DNA of 64,000 bases, taken from Mytilus californianus (Eukaryota). The stretch lies in the NCBI RefSeq assembly GCF_021869535.1, contig NW_026262581.1, forward strand, positions 115,568,001-115,632,000, written 5' to 3'. Within the stretch, counting starts at the first letter, position 1. Each line of letters starts with the position of its first letter. Position numbers and translations under genes: made by a program. Of the stretch, positions 1-12,654 are shown piece by piece. Below the pieces are notes generated by a model. It saw only the letters and a list, made by a program, of their open reading frames with translations. It was not told the DNA's origin and searched no databases.

Positions 1-1075
1 AAAAGTAAAATAACAAAAATACCGAACTCCAAGGAAAATTCAAATCGGAAAGTCCCTTATAAAGTGGCAAAATCAAAAGCTCAAACACACCAAACGAATG
101 GAAAACAACTGTCATATTCCTGACTTGGTACAGGTATTTCCTTATGTAGAAAATGGTGGATTAAACCTGGTTTTATAGCTAGCTAGACCTCTCACTTGTA
201 GGACAGTCGCATAAAATTCCATTATATTGACAACAATGTGTGAACAAAACAAAAAGAAATAATAGGTAAAAATGTCAAAAATAGGGGTACAGCAGTCAAC
301 ATTGTGTTATTATCTTAATCTCTATAAAAACAAAAAAATATGTCAACAAAGAAAAACAAAATGGCATATAGAAATAGCACATAAGCAAAAATGAAAGACA
401 AGAATACAAAAATTGACCACAGCACAAATACACATTGGCGGGATGCATAATTACCGAGCCACGCCAAAAGGATATTACCAAAAATGGACTAAACAGTAAA
501 GGTTAATAATTTACAAAGACAAATAAAAGAACACTTTAACACGTAATTAAGATGATAAACAACGTCAGTACATAGAATCTATACTTCAAGACCATCATGT
601 GTTATTTGTGAAGTTGATACAGAATATTTATCAACAAGGTCTTGGTATCTTCCGATGAACTTTTAAAAAAAAGGACGAAACGTTCTTTGACATTACCCTG
701 GTTCATCAACTTTCTGCTCAGACACTGGTGACGTTTTATAAAGTTTGGGTAGCAACTGCAAGATCTTGAATACCGAATGAGTTGGGAACTGTATATCCCA
801 TATGCAGGTGAAGTTGGTATATTGCTACTAAGGTGGGGGAAATTGATAATTTCAAAATTAAAATCGTCTCGTTTGTCATAGATTCTGGAACTTAGATGAC
901 CGCTCATGTCAAATTCGAGGTATAAGTCTGAAAATGAGGCGAAGGAAGCCGAGTCTGTTGTTTCTTTAATGTCTAGTTCTAGAGGATATATTGATGGAAC
1001 CCAATCAGAAAAGTTTGGATTGTTAATGGAAAGAACATCATCAATATATCTAAAATACACTGATTTGGAAAAAGT
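1..1075 (-). mobile_element. 5'-truncated Penelope-like retroelement fragment (RT remnant plus 3' terminal region), inside an SLC6 intron
   Basis: ORF 602..1060(-) reads FRYIDDVLSINN...IYDKRDDFNFEIINFPHLSSNIP...AYGIYSSQLIRY, the YIDD palm and thumb region typical of PLE reverse transcriptases. The adjoining 1..300 segment recurs at 15744, 51822 and (inverted) at about 51570-51755. Confidence 0.75.
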
Positions 1076-2271
1076 ATTGCCCTACTCATACATATAGTTC
1101 CCGCTCTGAGACAACCAGTCTGTGTTCAAAACCTGAATGCCAATAACCTGGTAAAGCGACAACAAGTCCAAATTTGAATTAATCTTTGGTTTGAGCAAGC
1201 TACCATGAGATTAAGGTGGTTATTAATAAAAGACAAATCATAAATGTGCTAGGGAGGAACATAAGAAGAAGCTCAACATGCTCTGAACAGAATAAAATTT
1301 ATTGAAAGTATAATATTGAATTTAAAGCAGAAAATATTCATTTTTCATCAAAATTAACTTATAAACTTTTTAAACCGTATTTAGACAAATAAGTCAATGT
1401 CTTAGTCTAAAACATAAAACAGTGGCACGAAATTATTAAATAAGTAGCACAAAATAATTAAATATATGAGCGTAATATGATTTCATGTATTTTTTTTTTT
1501 ATCTTGTGCATGTATAAATAGTGCAAAAAATGAATTAAAACAATTATTGTATATAGTTCATAGCCTTTACAAATTAAATTTAATATGGTATTTTCTAAAT
1601 TAATCAGTAAGAAGTGTTCTTTTCCATCTGATTTCATTTATTTCCCAAATTATATAAATGAGACTTGTCTTACAATGTTTTAAAAATTGATCGTCAACTG
1701 ATACAAAACTGCATTGCGCTTCAATGAAACGATTCTTTTGTATGTAATGGATAAAATAGGTCTTTCGTTTATCCCATATATTGTAGCCTTCCTTAAAGTT
1801 ACTATTCGTTTTAATTCTTTTCCATCGTATAACCAATCTAAAATTCCTTCACCACAAATTATTCCCAAACGTTCGTGAAGATTGGATTTGTGTTAAAATT
1901 GTTTGAAGCAAGTATGTTTTCTTATATTTTTCAATAGTTTAGATTACAAAATAACCTTTTTTCAAGAGACACGTAATGTCAAAAATAATTTGATAATCTT
2001 CCAGACTTGAATGCAACTAAAAACATAATTCCAAGAAGTACAAAAGGAAGTATTGTTATGATGATTCACTCTACGGTTTATTGAAATTCCCTTACAAGTT
2101 GCGGAAACTTGATACACTCCCAAATAAAGAAAAATAAATAGTTCATATTTTGCAACAATACTTAAATTTTTTTTACAAAGTCAGCGTGTTCAACTTTGCA
2201 GGATTTGTGTACAAAAAGCTTATTGTTATACAATGTAAAATGTGTATGTTCAGGGTTTGCTATTTCTCAAG

Positions 2272-2277
<6 letters not shown>

Positions 2278-2314
<37 letters not shown>

Positions 2315-2332
2315 TGATTATTATTATTATTA
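2278..2332. repeat. (ATT)n microsatellite
   Basis: Directly visible ATT run with one interruption. Confidence 0.95.
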
Positions 2333-2525
2333 TCTTTAATGATAAAACAGAATATTTAAAATATCAAAACGTACTAAAATTCTAATAATATTTCAATGAA
2401 ATTATCAATTTGGAAAGGAAGGGGTTATGCTTAATGCTCACTTTAAGGATAACACCGGCAAATGGAAAAATGATATACATTTCGATTCGCTGAGTCGAGA
2501 AATTGTGTTATCGGGTAAAACTTAC

Positions 2526-4735
2526 ATTCAGTATTCCACTCTGGATTATTACAGTCAGCCCAGGGTAGATCACTCGTGAATGAAACAAACAGATAGTAAT
2601 ACGACCAAGCTAAGATCATGTTGTAGTATAATGATGTAAAACCAGAGACCAATACCATCGCAATTCCAACACCTTTAAACATAGGTGCAAACTTCCAGCA
2701 TGTCATTGGTCCACTGCTACAGAACTGACCAAGAGATGCCTCCATAAAGAAAAGGGGAACACCGATCAATCCCATCATCAAAACAAACGGAATAAGAAAG
2801 GCACCACCCCCGTTCCTGTAGCACAAGTAAGGAAAACGCCACACATTTCCAAGGCCGACAGCATATCCAAGAAGTGAGAGAAGGAAATCAAATCTTCCTG
2901 ACCAGTTTCCACGATCTTCATTTTCATCTTTTCCGAATATCAGCTTTTTGCTGTCTGTTGTTTCCACTGTAACCCCTGTACCCTGTTTAAATAGATCATT
3001 TATATCTATTATAATCTTCTAATGGCATGTTAAATGATTGAGTTAAGAGTGTAATTAAGAATTCTATACGAACTAGTATCAAGAAAGACATGACAAAAAA
3101 TAAAATGCATATAGGCTTGTTTTTATACGAATGAATAATTGATGCAAGGATAAAGCGTGGCATGTCTGATAATCAATTCATTAGTGTGTCCATCTATCTG
3201 AATGCGTCTCGCGATAATTTTACTTCAATTGAACTTTTGATTTGTTTTATAAAATATTTGGTGCCATAAAGTCTGGCTCTATTCAGATTTGCTGTTTTAT
3301 TACACTCTAATATCGGCCGTTGTTCTTCCAAGTAAATTTTAGGCAGCCACGTCATGTATAATCGAATACATTTGACCACAACATAAAAATACAGAACAGA
3401 AAATAATTTCTAGTCGTATTTCAAACTGCAAATGAGTGCGTCGACATAATCTCCAAAAAGTGGTTCAATGATTTCATAAAAGCATCAGAGATACAAACTT
3501 ACCGTAGAAGGTGTCCTGGAATATCCCCTTTTGTCATCGTAGATGCCAGAGTCCCGGGAAATTCTTATTTGTTTGCTGTCTACAGAACTTTCCTCTGAAT
3601 CATAATAGTCTCGTCTGGCCTGAGTAATCATAAAACTAAGTTTATAACAAAACGCCAAGAGAAGACAAAACAATCATTGAACATAGTATTCGCTGGATAT
3701 CATGATACCCGAAAGAGTGAGTTTAAACAAACTTTCAGTTTCATTTTATGCCCATATCGACTAACTGTTTGATTGGTTTATTTCTTATGCCAAATGAACG
3801 GTCCATGAAATCAAATATGGAAGTATCCCTGGTAGTTCAAACATAGTTACTGTTCAAAGCAAGGACAAAGAGACCAGACACAAGTCTCGTCTCTATAGCG
3901 GTAAAAGTTACATACATATTAGTTTTCCTTGCATTATACCCCTTGCCATACACTAATTTATAGTGGACTTTTTTACTTTTATTTTATTTTTGGACGGTTC
4001 TTCGAGGAAAATAATAGCTGGAAATTAGTCTTTACTTTTTGTACAGACTCTTTTTTTAAGTTTTGAACGACAGAACTCTTAAATATGATGGCTCAATTGT
4101 ATCTCGTTTTGAACCAGGAAGTTCTTCATTTATATTGAATTATTGACAAAACCTCCTAATATACATTCTCAAACAGATAGAATCTTGCAAATTCTAGAAA
4201 ACGGTATGCCAATTTTTGATTGATTGCTTAATTGGTTGATTATTTCATAACGCCAGTCAGCCCGAAACTGCTATATCACGACGTGAATATACAACAGCAT
4301 GGTTTACAAAGAAATATATGTTTAATGTATGAACAAATGATATTGCGTAATTAAAAAAAAATGGACAATTCTTTTATTAATAACTCATAAAATCAGGTTT
4401 TAGTTATTATATGTATCCGTGTTTAAAGGTTTTTCCTATGACAAACCACATTATCCACTGATCCATGAAGATTGACATATTTTAGTCCATGTTTACAATA
4501 CATGTCGTTTTCTTTAACAAAATATGTACCTGATATTAAATTTAATCAATGGAATGTATATACTTTGTTGTTATTTTTTACCTTAATTCATAAATGTACT
4601 TTAACGTTTTGTATACAATTTAACTATCTACAGATCTCATATGATAGCTAATTCAGTTGCATAAAGGTAATATAACAAATTACTTAATTAAAAATAACTT
4701 ACGCCTCCTTTAAGTCCAGGTTTTGTATTTGACAT
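2526..4735 (-). CDS. SLC6 Na+/Cl--dependent transporter (GlyT/PROT/ATB0,+ subgroup-like), 5' part; exons 4735..4703, 3619..3503, 2982..2526; continues beyond position 1
   Basis: Exon 2982..2526 encodes [43 protein letters not shown]...GQF...YYNMILAW...LPWADC (SLC6 TM1-TM3 signature), with acceptor ttaaacag| and donor |gtaag. The upstream exons join in phase 0 ([11 protein letters not shown]|[11 protein letters not shown]...RTPST|GTGVTVETT). The 33-nt first exon is less certain; ATG 3631 is an alternative start. Confidence 0.88.
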
Positions 4736-4863
4736 ATTCAAGTTTATAAACTAATAATTTTTAAATCTGTAGCCATTTTCTACCCATGCCACCCGAATAA
4801 GGAAGCAGTCATGTTTTAAAGCAAGCGCTTCATCTTGTTTATATGTCCATTCACCTGGCAAAC

Positions 4864-4873
4864 GTCACGTGAC
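4864..4873. promoter_or_regulatory. Perfect palindromic GTCACGTGAC E-box (CLEAR/MiT-TFE or USF type) about 130 bp upstream of the putative SLC6 start
   Basis: Sequence aacGTCACGTGACagg is seen directly; function is inferred. Confidence 0.4.
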
Positions 4874-6991
4874 AGGATTTAAACTAGGTAAAAAGATTCC
4901 ATAGACCACTTAGCTTGCATAACTATATAAGGTTTATTGTTTCCAAAATTAAGGTTAAATAATAAAAAAAAATCTAAGTCCCTCGTATATATTATTATAT
5001 AAAGATGAGTTGAGTTTTCCGATGATTATTTCCTACCAAAAATAATGTTGGAAACAAACAATGTAGAAAAATCAGACCGCTGAAAAGAAAGATCAATAAA
5101 TATAACAGGTAACTTTTGATTGCAGACAATTCCGTTCTAGAATTGTGTGCGATTGATCGATGAAATGTGATAACAATGTAGACATACGTAACCAGATACA
5201 AAATCAAATAGAGTCAATAGTTTATGTTTTAGCAGACCTTAGAAGTATGTCGATCACGCAGTCTGGCTCATCAGATATATTGTTCATGTTCTAACATACG
5301 TGCATCTTTAAAAAAAAAAGATAACGTTCAGCCAATAACATTAGTTCAAGGTGGTAAACAAAATCGAATTTAAAAAACGGCAAACAACGACATGGCCCAA
5401 ATTTAAAAGTTGAAAAGGCAAAAAACTGCCATTTCACACAACACTTAACAGATATTTAATGATTGAGCAACAAGAGAACCATTCAAAAAGAAAACACACA
5501 AACAAACAAACAACACCAAAACATCAGGTGAAAAAGTAGTATTTGTTGTTGCACCAGTCTACACCTTATGTTAAGCTCTAAGTCTCCTTTAGTAGGGACA
5601 TGTGGATACATTTTCATTATAACAGAGACTATGAAACATATTTTGCTTATATACAAAAATGCTGTGCAGTGTAAAAAAAAATAATATACTATATGCATAT
5701 AAACAACATCTGAACCTAGTACTTTTAATATCTATTGTGGATCGAGTAAATTACAGGCATCATGGGCATTGGGCTATCTTATAACTCATCCTTCTGTATT
5801 GAATCAAGCATAAACGAAAATCACGGAAGACACAAGAATCACATAAAAGTTTACCCAAATCTTGATAATGTAAATTTATATATATTTATTCTGAGCATCA
5901 ATTAAAATTAGCAGCTTACTCTGAAGGCAAAGGAACAGAAAAAACAATTTGTGAAAATCACAACTGCCATAGAGATATTTAAGTACTTAGGTATTAACTT
6001 AACCATTGTGAAGTATCTGTGTCACAGATTATCATGGATATGCTCCAATTGTCGTAGCCAAAATCGTTTGCTCATTCCTCGATTATAATGACGTAGGGTG
6101 CCACTGGCGGTGCCGGACCTTCCTATCGTTTCGGAGCACCCACGGACGTTTTTCTTTTTTGACAATAGTGGTGTAAGTTTTTCTTTGACATGATTGTCCT
6201 CTTGATATCTTTTGGATTTATTTTCTGTGAACCAATGAATAACGTTTAAACTGTGTTCTTTGAAGCCCGTCGTGATTTACATCTGGCCAAGCATTAAATA
6301 ATGGTATACTTGATACACGTTCTTATTATAAATTCAATTTCTTTCCAGTACTAATAACTTCGAGGACGATGCATATCTTTACATATCTTGTAATAGAAAT
6401 CTTGATAAATTAAGAAAAAAATACTTCCAATATAATATATAATCTGGTATTAAAATTGTCTACCTTTTTTCACCATTGACCATAGCAAAACAAAGCATTA
6501 AAGTAGTAGTATGTGTATGTTGAAGTCAATTATCACATTGACATCAGTGAAAATGTAATTACATATCATTTGAATGCCAAAGGGGTAACTATACTAACAA
6601 ATATACCATATGTTGAAGTGAAATAATAGTAAAGATAATAGGATCAATTTTCCAATTTTTGTATATAAAAACATAGTCAAATTTAACACAAACAGCTACA
6701 AATTAATCAGTTCATATGAGTATGCTTTGATACAAAATCAAACTGCTGAAAATCAGTATTTTTTTCCAAAATTTTAATGAAAAACTGAAAACTTTTTGTA
6801 CATAAAACTCCACTAAAAATTGTTTCTTTTTCGGATTTTTAAAATAATAATAATTATGTACATAGTGTATCTGTTCTGTATGTTTTTTTTCTGATCTAGC
6901 ATTTTCGCACTGACCCTCACTAGCACAGACAGATTCTTTGACACGATCTCCTATATTTATTTACACAACGCTGCAGAATTAACACATGGTT

Positions 6992-8499
6992 TTAATTTAT
7001 ATTTTTTTTGTTCAGTCTATGACTTTGAATATGGTGCTTCTTCGCTCTCAGGTTCTTATGTTTCATTCTTCTTTTATGTTTATTACGCATTCTCTTTTCC
7101 AGTCGTTGTTTTAATGTTTCATTGGCTCTGTTCTTTTCCCTCTTTCGGTTTAAGGCACCCGACTGGCGAGATAACTCCTGTTTCGCGGTCTTCAAATCAA
7201 TATTTCTATCTAAATGTCCATGAAGTGCTTTAAAATGCCTTTTCTGTGTTCCTTTAAGGTAATTCAAATTTTTATTTCTATTTCTCTTAATTTTGTGAAC
7301 GTTCGAAGGTATTCGTTTTACCCTTTCAGATCGTTTCAATCGCTTGACTAGGGAAAGTTCAATTGTATTCGGATCATGAAAACGTTTTACTCTTGAAAGA
7401 TCCTTTGCATGTAATGAAAATTCAACCGATCTTTGAGAACGCTTCATTCTAGACAAGCTCGGTTCGTAATGATCGACTGTCAAAGTTTTATATGGGGACC
7501 GTTTTAATCTTTTGACACGAGAGAGCATAAAAGAGTCCACCTCAAGATCTTTAAAACGTTTTGCTCTTGAGAGTTCTGGTAAAACTAGTTCACTGGCTCT
7601 TTTTGTCCGTTTTACACGTGATAAACCAGGTTTTAATGAGCGTTTTAAACGCTTAATTCTCGACAATTCACGTTCAGAGTGTTCGTCTCTTTGCATACGC
7701 TTTACTCTGGGAAGCACTGCATCTGTATCCTTCAGTCTCTTAACCCTTCTTAATTCATTTTCAAGTTGTAGTTCTGAAGGTTTTTCTGCTTCTCTTTTGG
7801 TGATTGTATGACTCTAAAAAACATAAATACAAAACTTATTTAAAGTAATAAAGCAACTGATTCAATGACATTAGCATAGTTTAGACTACAGGAGATAGAT
7901 CTAAAGAAAAATCAATCCCTTTGAAATACTGTATGTTAACAAAGCTTTCCAAAACATTGGTGTCGTAACATATACTATAATAGTCTGGATAAAAACATAT
8001 CAGTCGTCTCGTTGTTGTTTTGCATGACTGGATTGCCAAATTCTAATCAATTACTTGGATTTGGTTTGAATCTCGTTTTAATTTACCCTCTCTGTATCCC
8101 GTTTCCCCTCTTACATCATTGCATTATGCTGCTGTTTATTCTATGTTAAAAGGCAGTTTACAACAATCGAACTGACATTTAAAAGATATTTTGCAACCTC
8201 GAATTATGCCAAAATCACCTCATTAATTAAATAGTTTAAACATTAACGTTTGCATGTGTGCCCTTTATTATGTATCCATATTTACAAGATTTGAAATAAA
8301 TGTAGTCAATTGCAGTAACTTTCCTTTTTCTGAACAGACATAGTATTCATAAAAAAAAACGGAAAAATTAGTCAATCCAATGACGACGCAATACTCAATA
8401 AACTGTTTTTTTAGAATAATGAAAAAAATGTCTTACCCTTACTGTCTCTGTTAATGTCGAAAAACAGAATACAAGAACCAGAAACACAGGTACCACCAT
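6992..8499 (-). CDS. Secreted multi-basic-site precursor protein, 294 aa, unassigned family; exons 8499..8437 and 7813..6992
   Basis: Exon 1 encodes the hydrophobic signal-like MVVPVFLVLVFCFSTLTETVR and ends |gtaag. It joins in phase 0 to ttttag|AGT CAT..., an 822-nt open exon with 13 R-X-K-R motifs and a very basic K/R/H/N C-terminus. The ORF-track start at 7717 is an internal GTG. Confidence 0.8.
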
Positions 8500-10456
8500 G
8501 ATGCAGAAGGAATGAAATTTAAATTACATAACAACTGATTCAATTCTAAAATGTTAACAAACAGGCGATCAATAACAACAGCATCAACCCGCAAGAAAAT
8601 CTAATGTCGTCTGGCAACATAATCACGTGGTTTGATGTTATTAAAATCGATATATGGACAGCCGAGATTGTTGTAATGTATTGAATATATCAAGCCGTAA
8701 TTGTAAAATTTCATCTGAAAATCATTTCAATGAGAATATACAACTGCAAATTATTGCAGTTTTTTTATTTGGAATAAAAACATGTCGGCTGATTATAGAT
8801 TGATGTTTTGTTTATAAGGTAAAGAAAATGGATGGTGTTAGATTATTCAAACAACTCGAACATATTGATTTTAACTGGAATTTAAGAATTCAACTGATTT
8901 TGTTTTGTATATTTATGACTGAAAAAAATCTCTAAATAGACGAATAGTCTCTACAGAAAGTGAATCAGTGAAAATGATTTCGACATATACGCCTATTAGA
9001 CATTAATACCGGCTCTGTAACGCTCCTGGATTTGACAATAGCTATTACATATGAATTCGAGATCAAATGATTGGTGAAGCTGACAAAGCATACGCTACTA
9101 TCCTTGATGACGCAAGTGACAACCATTGAAGGTCATCTGTTTACTTTGATCTATGTTAGTCAGTTTTTACTGAATTCAAACTAGAATCTATGACAAATTT
9201 GATGATTTCAACTCCCCATTTTCCGACTGTGCACTTTTCCCGATTGTGTCATTTTGATTGAAGCTCAGATTGAAGGTGGATTTGCATTGGCGTACTCTGT
9301 CGACGCACACGATCTCGGTCTATTAGTTCATGAAATTCCCGCAGTTTTGGTTTGTTACCTTGATTTTTTCTTCTAAATTGATTGATGAGATTTGAACATC
9401 AGTATATAACTTATGCCTTAATTTACCTTCTATTTTTGCAAAAAAATGCGACATGATAGGTTTCGTAAAAAAAAATTAGCTTAGTCTCAATGGGCATAGA
9501 AAAAATTGTCACAAAGCAGACATCTCCACATTGAAACAATACTTTAGACAGTCGTACCACAACCTCGAAGATTTCAATCGTCCTGAACATGCATGTAATA
9601 TTTACCACTGGACGTTAAGCAACCAACAATCAATCAATCGAAAACTTCAACAACATGAAAGTTCTATTGATTGAACAGAACAGTCACTATAATGGTACCA
9701 TGCGGGAGGTTTAAGAAAGATTTTTGATAAAGGAACTTACATAACGTCCTTCATCAAGATGGACTAAACAGAAAGGAATAGCTAGGGTTTTTAGACGAAA
9801 TCATGCATCATTGGTATTTTTTATGTGAATATATTTTTTTTACATTTAGTCCTAGTATTACATTTTGAGATATTAGGATGATCATGTATAAGTACGCACT
9901 ATATTGGGACGTATATTGGATGTATAAGTACACACATACACGTATAACATACAAATGATTTTACTTTACATATCTTTTCATTTGAAAAAAAAATATTGAC
10001 ACTGTTTTATAATAATAATAATTAAGTATTAATTTACACTCTTTCTTTTAGTTCTTTTGACTTGATGCCCAAAATAGTACACCAAATATCTAAGAATAAG
10101 ATATTTAGATAGTTGTCATGTTTGCGATCATGCCACATCTCCTTTTTTTCATATATGTGAAACAATTTAAATGGAAAAAATAACGGGCTGATTTATGACA
10201 AAACACTAAACGAAGTACAAACATGACAGGATACAACCAACGATATCCACTGAATTACGGGCTCATGACTTGGGACAGGCACACCACTTGGTAACGAAGA
10301 TAAAGAAAATCCAAGTTAACCAGTGAGATGCAGTCTTAGTAGTATTCTGCACAGAAAAACGTTATTTTGTCCGAGTTGTCATTCTGTTTATAGAGAGTTG
10401 ATAGTACTCCAGTTAAATGTACATCTTTGACATCATGTTGAACTGGATATAGTTAA

Positions 10457-10770
10457 ACTCTTCATAGATACCAGGATAACAATTTTGTAAGCCAGACGCG
10501 CTTTTCGTCTACAAAAGACTCATTAGTTACGCTCAAATCAAAAAAGTTAAAAAGGCGAAATAAAGTACGAAGTTGAAGATCACTGAGTATCCAAATTTCC
10601 AAAAGGTTTTGCCAAATACAGCTTAGTTAACCTATTTCTGTGATAGCTTTGTAAACAGTTGATTTATAATTATGACCATATCAATGATAATCCATTTTAA
10701 CACAGAAGTGCTGACTACTGGGCTGGTGGTACCCTCGGGGAGAAATCCTCCACCAGCAGTGGCATCTGAT
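10457..10770 (-). mobile_element. Interspersed repeat (PLE/retrozyme-like) carrying a degenerate hammerhead ribozyme
   Basis: Same family as 22100..22410 and, in the opposite orientation, 27165..27450. Minus strand 10491..10533 reads gcgtaa-CTAATGA-gtct-tttgt-agac-GAAA-agcgc-GTC-tggc. Confidence 0.65.
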
Positions 10771-11015
10771 ATCCTAGTAAATATCTTCTATTATTTTTGT
10801 TCGTATAGACCTTCTTTCGAAAATCTATACATTTAAATTATTCGTTAAGATATCCCATGTAAATAGAAAAAAATAATACTTTTTCATTTGAAATGCTATT
10901 TTTCTACACGCACACATTCAATTTGTATGTCTTATTTAGATAGATTTCTTATTTTTGGTGTTATGATTTAATATTTTGGTTTTCATGAAACTCACTATAA
11001 CGACTATATTATTTG

Positions 11016-11813
11016 CGGCGTTTTGCATTTGCGCCGATCTGCATTTCATTTGCGCCGATTTTTTCTTTCATTTGCGCCGATTTCTTTTTTCATTTGCGCC
11101 GAATTTTTTTTTTCATTTGCGCCGATGTTTTTACAGGTAAATTACAGGTGAATGTTATTTTTCATTTATCATTATAGACCTCTTCCGTTCGCCAGCTGTA
11201 CAAATGTTATGAATTGTCAATCATAACATGTATATAACTGTTGTCCTCTACTCACCACGGGGAGGTGGAAGTAGGATTTTGAGCAGGATAAGTCAATTTA
11301 AAAGCACTATGTTCACATACTTTAAAATCAAGAAGTAAAAACCAATGATAAAAGCACTCTGTGTTTACTCTGTTTATACTAAAATGACGAATTAAAATTC
11401 TATTTACAACATTAAAATCCATAAGAACGGAATACATTAAAATCATAAATCTGTTCTTGCCGAGTATTTATAGGCAACACATCTAATATATTCCTTTCTT
11501 GTGATTTCGTCTCTATATTTGTCGTAATTGTCAATAACGAAGTCCATCTTTTCTTTCTCTGGCTAACGTACTGATGCGGGCATTTCTAGAGTTCGCATTT
11601 TAACATACGTAACGACCTGGATTTTCTTAACTTAAACATAAGTGAACAATGTTTATAACCAGATTTTACCAATATACATTCAAGGAATAGTACACGTACA
11701 AATATTTACTCACCTGTGTTAAACTGTAAATGCAATTAGGAGCAAATATAAAATGGGTGCAAATGAAAAAATGAAATGAACATTTTAAAAATGGGCGCAA
11801 ATGTCATACGCCC
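11016..11813. mobile_element. 798-bp MITE / non-autonomous DNA transposon with imperfect 20-bp TIRs and an 8-bp TSD
   Basis: TSD attatttg at 11008..11015 and 11814..11821. TIRs cggcgttttgcatttgcgcc and ggcgcaaatgtcatacgccc match 16/20. Subterminal tandem copies of tttcatttgcgccga are present. Confidence 0.75.
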
Positions 11814-12654
11814 ATTATTTGTAATCAACGGCAAATAAAAAGGCGTTAAAAAACATGATTAACCCCGCCACATTCTATATGTGCCTGTTCCAGGTTATGA
11901 GCCCGTAATTCAGTGGATGTCGTTGGTTGTTGCCTGTCATGTCTGTTTTTCGTTTATTTTTTTGTCATAAATCAGCCGGTTATTTTGGTCCCTTTCAATT
12001 GTTTCACATATATGAAAATAAGGAGATGTGGTATGATCGCAAATAAGACAGCTATCCACGGCAGTTGTTGTCTTGTCTGGCCTTTTATAACTGATTACAT
12101 GGTATGGGTTTTTCTCATTGTTGATGGTCGTACGTTGACCAACAATTGCTACAAATCTCCTTCATTTTTACTCAGTTGGAAAGTTGTCTTATTTTCAATC
12201 ATACCCCATCTCCTTATCTTATATTATGAAAAACTTTCTTACAATGAAATACATCAGAATTAGAACGACATTGACAGATTAGAAGAAATTTCAATAACTT
12301 CTATAAGTCTATACATATTTTATCTAAAATTGTTTTAATATGATCTCATTAAAGCTTATTGGGTGAATTTGCCGCCAAAACTTCGCATCAGACAGTTAAA
12401 TACAATTCGTTATGTATCGGCCAAAATTTGCAAGGTTTAAGACTTTGTTTTTACGGAATTTGCTAATGAGAGGAAACTTTCTCTGTGTAAAAGAATTATA
12501 AATATATTTCCTTGAGTCAAATAAGGAGTTAGATAGAGAAAGTATGAAATTAGTTAATAACTTTTCTCTTCCTGCTGGTTTGAAAAGAGACAAAACAACT
12601 AAAAAACATCATATATAAGTAGTTATAATGGCTTTTCTGTAACAAGTTCAAAAC

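Noticed and set aside
1600-1868. Minus-strand ORFs as the next SLC6 exon
   Set aside because: No SLC6-like residues, and the phase-1 continuation from the best acceptor hits a stop; later exons probably lie left of position 1.
7030-7260. Resemblance of the precursor's tail (NIDLK...LKQRLEK) to molluscan egg-laying hormone (NQDLK...LRQRLLEK)
   Set aside because: The spacing differs by five residues, there is an internal RKR and no Gly amidation donor; too weak to name the gene ELH without a profile search.
7512-7811. Plus-strand 99-aa ORF
   Set aside because: Antisense shadow of the repetitive precursor exon.
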